A stretch of 64,000 nt of DNA, from contig OZ244044.1 in the NCBI GenBank assembly GCA_965215275.1, positions 1,056,001-1,120,000 of the forward strand. The letters are read 5' to 3'. This DNA is from Thermodesulfobacteriota bacterium (GTDB lineage Bacteria > Desulfobacterota_D > UBA1144 > Nemesobacterales > JAJCZQ01). The translations under genes were made by a program, and so were the position numbers. Shown here one piece after another: positions 24,690-34,085 of the stretch (positions are counted from its first letter, which is position 1; every line of letters begins with the position of its first letter). Below the pieces are notes generated by a model, which saw only the letters and a list, made by a program, of their open reading frames with translations, searched no databases and was not told where the DNA came from.

Positions 24690-25901
24690 ATGAGAACGTT
24701 ACCTTCAAGGATGCAGGACAGACTGTACAACGATCAGTTCATCCCGAGCGAAACACTCAGGATGCGGAAAAAATACAGACGCTTTGCCGAAGAAGAGCTG
24801 TTCCCACAGGCATATCAGATCGGTCAGAGGACCGAGGATAATGATAACTTCCCATGGAAGCTTTTCAGATCAATGGCAGAAAAAGGTTTTTTCAAAGTGC
24901 CTTTTAAAAAATCGGAAGGAGGACTGGGATTAAAATATCCAGCCTGTGCAGCAGCAGTTCTTGCAGAGGAACTGGCCTACGTAAGTGCCAGTTTCGCAGG
25001 GTCTGTAAATGCTCATTTTCTGCTTGCGGGAAAAAGTATCAGTTTCGGTTCTGAACACATCAGGAAAAAATATCTAAAACCACTTCTGCAGTGCAGATCG
25101 GTGGGAGCTTTTGCAATGACGGAACCACAGTCGGGATCAGACGTAAGAGCGGATTCACTGATAACAAAAGGGATCAGAAAAGGAAAAAAATACATAATAA
25201 GCGGTCAGAAGAGATATATAACGAACGCAGGGATTGCAGATTACGTTTCAACGCTCGTAAACATTGAAGGCAAGTCCTGCATGCTTGTAATTGATCTGAA
25301 CTCCGAAGGATGCAGAGTAGGCAAGCCGGACAAAAAACTCGGTAACAGAGGGGAACTGACTTACGACATATATTTTAACAACGTTGAGGTTCCCAGGGAA
25401 AATCTGATCGGCAAGGAAGGGGATGGGCTTAAGGTCTGTATAGGTGCCCTGATGTACGGAAGGACGGGAATTGGAGCAAGCGGAACAGGAATGGCACAGT
25501 CGGCTTTTGACGAATGTTCTCAGTTTATGAATAAAAGGGAGGCTTTCGGAAAAAAGATAAACCAGTTCCAGCACTGGCAGTTCTTAATGGCAGAAAGGGC
25601 AATAGAGATCGAGAATGCCAGAAATCTGTATATTAAAAGTGCTCTTGCTATCGATCAGGGAAACAGCTTCCCCGTGATGCTGTCGTCGGGAGCAAAATTC
25701 TACGGTTCGGAGATATCGGTCACTATGGCAAGGGATGCCGTGCAGATATTTGGAGGGTTGGGACTGATGGTCGAACTGGGACATGACGACTCCACTTACA
25801 AGGTTGAAGAGATATACAGAGATTCAAAAGTCGGGGAGATATATGAAGGATCTAATGAAATTCATAAAATGCTTATCGCAAGGGAGATATTTAATTCCTG
25901 A
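24690..25901 (+). CDS. Acyl-CoA dehydrogenase family protein
   Basis: FAMTEPQSGSD, GQKRYITN, REAFGK, IYEGSNEI motifs. Confidence 0.93.
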   Translation: MRTLPSRMQDRLYNDQFIPSETLRMRKKYRRFAEEELFPQAYQIGQRTEDNDNFPWKLFRSMAEKGFFKVPFKKSEGGLGLKYPACAAAVLAEELAYVSASFAGSVNAHFLLAGKSISFGSEHIRKKYLKPLLQCRSVGAFAMTEPQSGSDVRADSLITKGIRKGKKYIISGQKRYITNAGIADYVSTLVNIEGKSCMLVIDLNSEGCRVGKPDKKLGNRGELTYDIYFNNVEVPRENLIGKEGDGLKVCIGALMYGRTGIGASGTGMAQSAFDECSQFMNKREAFGKKINQFQHWQFLMAERAIEIENARNLYIKSALAIDQGNSFPVMLSSGAKFYGSEISVTMARDAVQIFGGLGLMVELGHDDSTYKVEEIYRDSKVGEIYEGSNEIHKMLIAREIFNS

Positions 25902-25971
25902 TGTTGAACTGAAAAAACATTGACTGCCGCCGAAAAACGCTTTTTAAATAGGGAATTATATATTTATCCAC

Positions 25972-26001
25972 TTGACATTCGTTTATAATACGAAGTAAAA
26001 T
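25972..26001 (+). promoter_or_regulatory. Sigma70-type promoter of S8 copy 1
   Basis: TTGACA-18-TAAAAT; conserved at 46130-46159 and 62390-62418; ATG 9 nt after the -10 in all three. Confidence 0.75.
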
Positions 26002-26010
26002 ATAAATGTT

Positions 26011-29000
26011 ATGAAAAATTTCATGAAAAATTCAAACATAAAAACACGTAGTTCCATTACCCCCCCCCCGTGTATACGTGACCTTTCATCTGGATATAAG
26101 TATTTTTTAAGAACAATGTTTAAGATAACCCCCCCCCCCATCTAAGTCATTACTAACCTTAGTCTTATTTATTCTGTGTTTGATAGTAATAGCTGCAAGA
26201 GCAGAGAGCAGCCTGGAAGAAACATTATCTGAATGCAGAGGTATGAGTGCAGATGTGGAAGATCCGTTATACGGATGTCAGTGGCATCTGAAGAACACTG
26301 GGCAGTTTATTTATTCAGGAAAGGAAATAACAGCAGGAGAAGATATAAACATAGAAGGAGTGTGGAACGAAGACGTATACGGTACCGGAATTAACGTAGC
26401 AATAGTAAGTGACGGTATCGACCTTTCACATGAGGACCTTTCTGCAAACGTCCGTTCCGGACCGAACTATAGTTATTCTGAAAGAAATAATTCTGAAGAG
26501 AACAGTTCTGAAAAAGATAGTTCAGAAAGAGATGATCTTTCAGACGGTTCATCCTTTACCGGAACACGAGCGGCAGGTGTTATTGCAGCAACTGGATATA
26601 ACGGACTGGGAGTAAGAGGAACAGCACCGGGTGCGAGTATATACAGTTACAGGTTATCCGGTGATCTCAGGGAAGCGGACGCGGTGGTCCGTAATAAGGA
26701 AATAACAGCTGTATCGGTTAACGGCCTGGGATCTGAGGACGGAGCTTTTTTTCAGGAGGCTTCAACTTCCTGGGAAGAAGGAGTGGAACTTGGAATAAGT
26801 AAAGGGTTTTATGGTAAAGGAGTGTTTTACGTCTGGGGAGCAGGGGACGGTCATGAAAGAGGAGATCAGGCTAATTTTTCTGAATATTCTAATTACTACG
26901 GCGTAACTGCCGTTTGTTCAACTGACGGTTTTGGAAAAAAGAGTATTTTTTCAGAAGAGGGAGTAAATCTATGGGTATGTGCACCTGGTTCTGATATTGT
27001 AACTACTGATAACAAAAACGATTACGTTGTAACTTCCGGAACATTTCTATCAGCTTCACAGGTTGGAGGAGTGGCAGCACTGCTGAGAGAGATAAACGGG
27101 AATCTGAGCTGGAGGGATATAAAGCTTATACTTGCGGGTTCAGCACGGCAGAACGATTTTTTTGATCCGAGCTGGGAGACTGGAGCTGTTAAATACGGTT
27201 CTGATACGGAAAGATATAATTCTAATCCTAAGTATGGTTTTGGCGTGGTAGACGCAGAAGCAGCTGCAGAACTTGCAAAAAGCTGGAAAGGCGTTGGAGA
27301 GATGAGGACCATTACAGCTTCTTCAGATAATGAACTGACAATTCCTGATGGAGATGGAGAAGCGGACGGGGTCCTTGTTTCCAGACTTATGATACCGGAC
27401 CTTGAAGAGGTAACATTTACGGAGTTCGTTGAAGCTGAGCTTGTTCTTTCGTGTGACTGCTTACAGGACCTTAATATACAGATAACCTCTCCTTCCGGGA
27501 CAGTATCTGAACTTGTGCGGGAGGTTGTAAGGGGATCTTCGAATGAAGAAGAAAACTGCGTCAGTTACCTGAGAAGAACACATCGTTTCGGGTCGGCAAG
27601 ACACCTCGGAGAAGACCCTTCCGGAGAATGGATCCTTCATATAACTGATACTGCTTATGGAGATGAAGAAAATGAAGAAAACACCGTTACCCTGCACTCA
27701 TGGAGCGTTAAGGTGTATGGACATTTTTATCAGGGATCTGGCAGTGAGATCACTCCTAAAGCTTTAACCTTCGGCGGTGCGACGATCCCAACCCAGAATT
27801 ATTTTGTAGGAGAAGCAATAACACCAGTAATGCTGCCTGAGGCAACCGGGGCAAGCGACATAACATACAGTTTTAATCCTGCTTTAGCAAGAGGATTGGA
27901 ATTTGATCAGGATACCCGAACTATAAGCGGAACACCAGCTATTACTCATGTGTCAGGTCGTTTGTATTCATATGTTGCAAGAGGTGGCGGACGGATTGTA
28001 ACTATACCTTTTACTATTAGAATTAGCCCTCGACGAGTGCCGACCTTCGGCAATCAGACGGTAGAAAATCAGGTTTTTGTTAATGGTTCAGCAGTAACGT
28101 TAACTCTGCCTCAGGCTACCGGAGGTAACGGAACTTTAAATTACAGTTTAACTAATAGTATAGGTGATCCAATTAAAATTAATGGATTGGATTATAACGA
28201 AAACACCAGAACGTTAAGTGGAACGCTCAACGTTTCTCCAAGTGGATTACCTATAACTCAAACTTATACCTACAAGGTAACTGATGATGACGGTGATTCT
28301 GACAGTATTACTTTCTCTATTACTATAACGGACCTGGCCTTTGAACACTATCCTCTAACTCATCTGATTTTTGTAGCAGGGAGGCAAGTAACACCACAAG
28401 TAGAGCTACCTGAAGCAACTGGAGGGACTGCTCCATTAACTTACAGTTTAACTCCTGATTTACCTCTTGGATTGAGTTTTAATGAAGTTACGCGGGTTAT
28501 AAGTGGCACACCAACTATTGGGATATCTGATACTGATTATACATATACTGTTACTGACGCAGATGGAACTACGGTGGAGTTTACATTTATTGTTCAGATA
28601 AGAGCAAGTTTTGATAATGTAACGATAAATAATAAGGTGTATATAGTCGGTACAGCAGTAACGGAAGTGCTGCCTGAGGCAATTGGACATAATGAAACGG
28701 TAACCACCTACGGTTTAACCCCTACATTACCAGCTGGACTGGACTTTAACACGGCTACCCGAGAGATAAGAGGAACACCGACTACTGCAACGTCTGAGAC
28801 TATGTATACATACAGAGTAGATGACGGAAATGGATTCACTAATGACGATTTAACTTTCAGTATCACGGTAAGGGATGCAACTGTACCTACTTTCAGTGGT
28901 GAGACTATAGATGATCAGGAGCATACAGCAGGGGTTCAGATAACACCAGTAACGCTGCCTGAGGCAACTTCAGGAGATGCTCCGTTAACATACCGTTTAA

Positions 29001-29851
29001 CCCCTGCCTTGCCTGATGGATTGATCTATAACAATATCACCGGAGTTATAAGCGGAACACCGACTGCTGCAATGTCTGAGACTATGTATACATATACAGT
29101 AACGGATAATGATGGAGATACGGATGAACTGACGTTTAATATTGAGGTAGCAGCAAGCTTCAGCAACGTAACGATAGAAGATAAGGTGTATATAGCAGGT
29201 ACAGCAGTAACGGAAATGCTGCCTGAGGCAACTGGACATAATGGAACGGTAACCTACAGTTTAACCCCATCATTACCAGCTGGACTGGACTTTAACACAG
29301 CTACCCGGGAGATAAGTGGAACACCTTCTGCTGCAACGTCTCAGACTACTTATACATATACAGTTACTACTGGTGCAGGAGGACCTGCACGAACTTTGAC
29401 ATTCAGGATAACGATAGAAGAAGACAGCGAACCGGACTTCAGCGTGACGACGATAGAAGATCAGGTGTACATGGGGAGATCAATAAGGTTGCCGGTAGCA
29501 ACGGGAGGGAATGCACCGTTAGTATACAGTATAACGCCTCCCTTACCTCCTAGGTTGAGATTGGACAGAAACACAGGGGTCATAAGCGGGACGCCCGCGA
29601 GTGCGTCGTCTGAGAGGACCTACACGTACACGGTAACGGACAGGGACGGAGACATGAAAGAGTTGACCTTCAGGTTCAGTGCAGCGGCTCCGCCACCGAC
29701 AGGTAGTGATCCAGGCGGAGGTGGAGGAGGATGTGCTGTATCAGAGCAGAGCAGTGTTGATGAAGATATTCTCGGAGTAATGGCATGTCTGATGCTTATA
29801 CCTGTATCAGTAGTTATCAGAAGGAAAAGAAGAGCTCAGATAAAGATGTAG
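26011..29851 (+). CDS. Kexin/furin-like S8 pseudoprotease + P-domain + 7 Ig-like repeats + GGGGC-TM anchor, copy 1 (frameshifted at C11 tract 26129-26139)
   Basis: DPLYGCQWHL, LSWRDIK, YGFGVVDA, P-domain DL.I.ITSPSGT, LP.GL.F....ISGTP repeats; frame from ATG 26011/26116 stops at 26143 unless one C is lost. Confidence 0.88.
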
Positions 29852-30230
29852 TAATGCGGTCCTTTCTTAGGACACTTAACTAACTGAGATCTTTCCCATC
29901 AGAATATCTGCTGGCTGCTTATGGAAGAAGCTATATATCTTTGTTAAAGTCCTTTTTTGATATTCAATTTTCTTATTACCACAAGGATTTAACTACAAGG
30001 TTTTCCACCCGATACGAATATAATCTTGTTAAAAACATCTTTTTTATTCATTTGGCGCAGTTACATATATTATTCCCTTTTAAATAACTGTAATTCGTAA
30101 CGACCTTATTATCTGCCCACTGCTTCATTTACATAACTTTCTATATCGGGAATTTTCGTGCAATGTATAAAATATAATAAAATATTACAACTCTTGTAAT
30201 AAAATATTACACAGCTACAATACTGCCATT

Positions 30231-31040
30231 ATGATCCGGTCAAAGGAACTTGGGGAAAAAATAAGACGGTTAAGACAGGATAATGAGTTGTCTCAGGCAG
30301 AATTAGCCAGCGCTGTTGGTGTAAGCAGGGAAGTTATATCTAACCTTGAAAACGGTTTGAGAATGCCGAAGTTAAATGAGATAAACAGGTTGTCCGAACT
30401 TTTTAGCTGCTCCATTGATGATCTGATAAGTAACAGAGAGAGCGTAAAGATAATCGTAAAAAAAGACAATAAAAACAAGCAAAAGAAAGAGACTTTGAGA
30501 ATAAACGTGCCTCAGAAAAACCTCAGAAAGTTCAAAGAGGTGCTTCTGTACGTTCTGAGCAAGGTAGGTGCAAAACCAAACATAGGTGAGTCAGTTATAC
30601 AGAAGATGCTTTACTTTATTGACTTTGATCATTATGAAAAATACGAAGAGCAGTTGATAGGAGCAACTTACATAAAGAACAAATACGGACCCACACCGGT
30701 CGAGTTCCAGAAAGTCACAGGTTATATGATAGAACACAAAGATATAGTTAAACTTAAAAAAAATCATTTCAATTACGAACAGACAAAGTACCTTCCCTTG
30801 CGTAACGCCGACCTCACGGTTTTGAACGCAAACGAAGTGGAGACTATTAATAATGTCCTTGTAAGATTATCTGATATGAACGAAGATCAGATCTTACGGT
30901 ATTCACACAATGACATACCTTGGCTTGGAACCGAAGATGAAAAGACGATTGATTATGAAGCCGTTTTTTACAGAACTCCCGCATACTCAGTAAGACCACA
31001 TATTGAAGAAGATCAGAACGGAAGAGCTAACGGATTTTAA
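30231..31040 (+). CDS. XRE HTH + DUF4065 (Panacea/SocA-like) antitoxin
   Basis: LSQAELA..VGVSRE.ISNLENG HTH; QKMLYFIDF, YGPTP, SHNDIPW motifs. Confidence 0.85.
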   Translation: MIRSKELGEKIRRLRQDNELSQAELASAVGVSREVISNLENGLRMPKLNEINRLSELFSCSIDDLISNRESVKIIVKKDNKNKQKKETLRINVPQKNLRKFKEVLLYVLSKVGAKPNIGESVIQKMLYFIDFDHYEKYEEQLIGATYIKNKYGPTPVEFQKVTGYMIEHKDIVKLKKNHFNYEQTKYLPLRNADLTVLNANEVETINNVLVRLSDMNEDQILRYSHNDIPWLGTEDEKTIDYEAVFYRTPAYSVRPHIEEDQNGRANGF

Positions 31041-31369
31041 AAAAGACCTTAAAAAACTGATAAAAAGATTCCGAACGCTCGAAGAAGACCTGCAAATCTT
31101 TATCCAGTATCAGTTGAACCCGTTTCATCTTATGGGTCAGGACAGCAACGGTATAAAGCGCATAAGTGGTCTGGGGATCAAGAACCCTGAAATATACAAA
31201 ACAAGAAAGTTTGCATGTAAGTCGTTAAAAGGAAGGGGAAATAAATCTGGAATAAGAGTTGTTTACTCTTATCTTTAAAGACGAAGACAGGATCGAACTC
31301 GTTGAGGTCTACTTCAAGGGCGATAAAACATCAGAGGACAGAGATCGTATCAGAAAACTTTATGGTTAA
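31003..31369 (+). pseudogene. RelE-like toxin, frameshifted near 31273
   Basis: FKKDLKKL.KRFRTL..DL...CKSLKGRGNKSGIRVVY, then shifted frame FKDEDRIELVEVYFKGDKTSEDRDRIRKLYG*. Confidence 0.75.
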
Positions 31370-31422
31370 TCCCTGACGCAGTAAAGATAATGCAGATCGA
31401 AATTCTTTATTAAAGAATAAAG

Positions 31423-31448
31423 TCACCCCCTGAAAATACAGGGGGTGA
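31423..31448. terminator. Bidirectional intrinsic terminator between convergent genes
   Basis: TCACCCCCTG-aaaata-CAGGGGGTGA. Confidence 0.8.
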
Positions 31449-31458
31449 TATAATGATA

Positions 31459-32370
31459 TTAATTAGTTGGACAGGATGATCGACGCTCAGCAAATACAAC
31501 ACCAACAGCAGAACCTTCTAAACCATCCTCCAAGGTAATACTGTCTTCAAATGCCCCTCCCTAGGTACCTGCAAGGTATCCACCATTACTTCCAAAGAAC
31601 TGAGCTCCCCAATTCCCGGTAGCATTTGACCTAGTTCCTGGAATGTTTTCTATAGCAGTAGTTCCAGAATAAAGCAATTCGTTTCCACCTGATCCCGCTG
31701 TAGCTTGCTCAAGAATTACCCTAACTGTAGTTTGACCAGGAATTCCTTCTATACCGGTAATTAAACCACGTATAGTTCCATCATCTGCTAGGGTCAAAAC
31801 AGCCACTCCTTCCAGTCTTATATGATGAGAAGTCACTCCATTTGCACTAACGGTATAATATACTATAGCATCACCTGTATAACACGTGTCTGCATTTACA
31901 CTTGGAATATCTGTCTGTGGAGTTTCACTTTCAGTTAATTCATCTACAGCCATTCCCCAGACCTCGCCATAAGTCCATATACCAAATACTAATCGGTCGC
32001 CTATATTAAATTCAGGTACTCTATCAGAATTGAGACCTGTAAACATCTCCGCACGTGCAGGAGATGAATCATCTGATGAAAAACAACTACCTTCATTACA
32101 GGTCAGCGTTATATCACCATTATCAGTAGTAATGTCAACACTAATTGAACCACTGCTAATACTGACAGAAACTGTATCTTGCGTAATATTATTATTATCA
32201 GCTCTGCTGCCTTGTATAACGCTGCCGTAAACAGGTTTATTTTTAGCCACGTCTATAGCTGCTTCACTGGATGGCCTTAAAGACGTCAAAGATCCATCAT
32301 CTGAATCACATCCATAACCACCTGAAACTATTATAAGAAAACATAACAACACTATAAGTCTGTACTTCAT
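31459..32370 (-). pseudogene. Surface lipoprotein with TbpB/fHbp-like C-terminal barrel, premature TAG at 31561-31563
   Basis: Lipobox-like GYGC; GNWGAQFFGSNGGYLAGT*GGAF...AVGVFAERR reads through the stop to 31459. Confidence 0.65.
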
Positions 32371-32543
32371 TATTTAATACCTCCTTGCTCTTGATCTCAA
32401 TGTTTTCAGTACCAATCGGGAACCCATGTTCGTCCGTCCCGCCCGATACAGATAGAAATCTACTGAAATACCACCTCTATCTAATTCATAATTGTAAATT
32501 TTTGTCAAGCAATTTCCATATAATTCCCTTATTCAGACCAGCC

Positions 32544-33806
32544 TCATCTTAACTGCTTGATAAACTCGTCTTTGGGAACCATGTAGTAAAGCTTTCCCCA
32601 GTGTTTTAATACGCCGGCATGCTGGCCGGATTCTTCTCCCCTGCCCCAGAACAGATCAACCCGGTGAGGTCCTTTTATTGCCCCGCCAGTGTCCTGGTCC
32701 AGAACAAACCTTGACGTATTGTTCCACTTGCTGGGTACCTCTGAAAGTCTGTTGGGAAATACAGGCTTTGGAAATTCCATATACGCCAAGGCACCTTTGG
32801 GATAGAAACGCCTGTCGGTGGCTATGGTCCTGCCATCCACGACTTCCGTGCCAAAATGGGTGATAGGTCTGCCTTTTAATTTCCTGAAGAAAATATAGCT
32901 TGGGTTCTGATATAATATCTTCTTCATTTCTTCTTCCGGCAGACTTCTCAGATAGCTTTTGAGGTTATGTGCGGTCAGTTTATCCCTTGGTATCTTATCA
33001 TAAACCAGCCTGCCTATACTGACGTACCTGCGACCGTTCTGTGAGGCATATCCGAGTCTGAGTTCCTCACCGTTGCTGAACTTTACGGCACCTGAACCCT
33101 GTATCTGTAAAAAAAAGGCATCAATCGGGTCGACCCATGCCAGTTTGGTCGCCTTTCTTTCCAGAACCTTCCGCTCGTCTATCTCTTTCCTGGTGTAGTA
33201 GGGAACAATGTTCTTACTCGTTCCCTTATGATAAGAAGGAGCTATCCTGCCAGCCAGAATGGACAGATTATACTTGGGATTTATTATCTGTTCCCTGATC
33301 GGCTTCAGTCTGCTCAGCTGTTTCGCGTATTTCTTCAGGTGAACGTTCACAAGGTCGTCCGGAGTGGAATAAATTGGCTGAGTGTGTTTGGAGTTCCGCC
33401 TTTTTGAACCTTTCAGCACAGGTTCATAATATGAAGTTATAAAGACCTCTCCCCATTCTTTACTGCCGTAAACCTCATAAAAATCAAAACTGGAATTAAC
33501 TATCTCGTAAAATTCTTCCTTTGATATCCCAGAGCGTATCTCTCCGGCGAGGTAATTGAGCGAAAGAATGTAATCATCACGTGAGACCTTTTTCGGACCA
33601 AACGTTAAAGAGGAGGCCTTTGACCTGCGCAGGCGAGAGATGTTGTCCTTTATACCCTTTAACAGTCCATCAAGAGGAAGGTCGTCCACAAGGCTTGGCG
33701 GAACCGGTGCCTGCCTCATGGCCTGCTCAGCAGTTTCGGATGGTTTTCTCTCACATGAAACCGTCAGAAAGAAAATGACAAAAAGTGCAAGGATAACTTT
33801 CATCAT
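32544..33806 (-). CDS. mltA: Membrane-bound lytic murein transglycosylase A
   Basis: TSYYEP, LQIQGSG, NPSYIFF, QDTGGAIKG..RVDLFWG; lipoprotein start MMKVIL...VSC. Confidence 0.93.
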   Translation of the reverse strand: MMKVILALFVIFFLTVSCERKPSETAEQAMRQAPVPPSLVDDLPLDGLLKGIKDNISRLRRSKASSLTFGPKKVSRDDYILSLNYLAGEIRSGISKEEFYEIVNSSFDFYEVYGSKEWGEVFITSYYEPVLKGSKRRNSKHTQPIYSTPDDLVNVHLKKYAKQLSRLKPIREQIINPKYNLSILAGRIAPSYHKGTSKNIVPYYTRKEIDERKVLERKATKLAWVDPIDAFFLQIQGSGAVKFSNGEELRLGYASQNGRRYVSIGRLVYDKIPRDKLTAHNLKSYLRSLPEEEMKKILYQNPSYIFFRKLKGRPITHFGTEVVDGRTIATDRRFYPKGALAYMEFPKPVFPNRLSEVPSKWNNTSRFVLDQDTGGAIKGPHRVDLFWGRGEESGQHAGVLKHWGKLYYMVPKDEFIKQLR

Positions 33807-34085
33807 CTTTATTTTACAAACTACACCTGAATAGACAAGGGAAAACGGCATTTTCATCATAAAAAAACAACAGGACCTTATGAACAGAACGGTCAAAACC
33901 GGCTGCCAGGACCATTGACCATAAAATATGTAAGGGGTGCATTTAACGTTTAAATACCACACAAGGTTCCTTGATACCGACGCCGATCATTGAGCCTGGT
34001 TCACAGCAGCGTCTTGCTCGTCCCGTTCTTTACTTCATAAACAGGAAATTCTGAAAAACTTTCTCGATCATTTAAAATATCTTAA

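Larger units (their letters stand above)
25951..30077. mobile_element. Non-autonomous IS1595-end-bounded cassette carrying S8 surface protein copy 1
   Basis: Left end GGGAATTATATAT (25951); right end reverse complement GGGAATAATATAT (ends 30077); flanked by perfect 9-bp direct repeat TTTTAAATA (25942-25950 and 30078-30086). Confidence 0.85.

Noticed and set aside
29880..30050. Antisense mini-ORF (MNKKDVFN..) in the conserved 3' flank of S8 copies 1 and 2
   Set aside because: Indels and stops differ between copies; similarity is explained by co-duplication within the cassette
25951..32528. Single 6.6-kb element from 25951 to 32528
   Set aside because: Flanks do not match (TTTTAAATA vs TTATTCAGA); the TSD supports 25951-30077 instead
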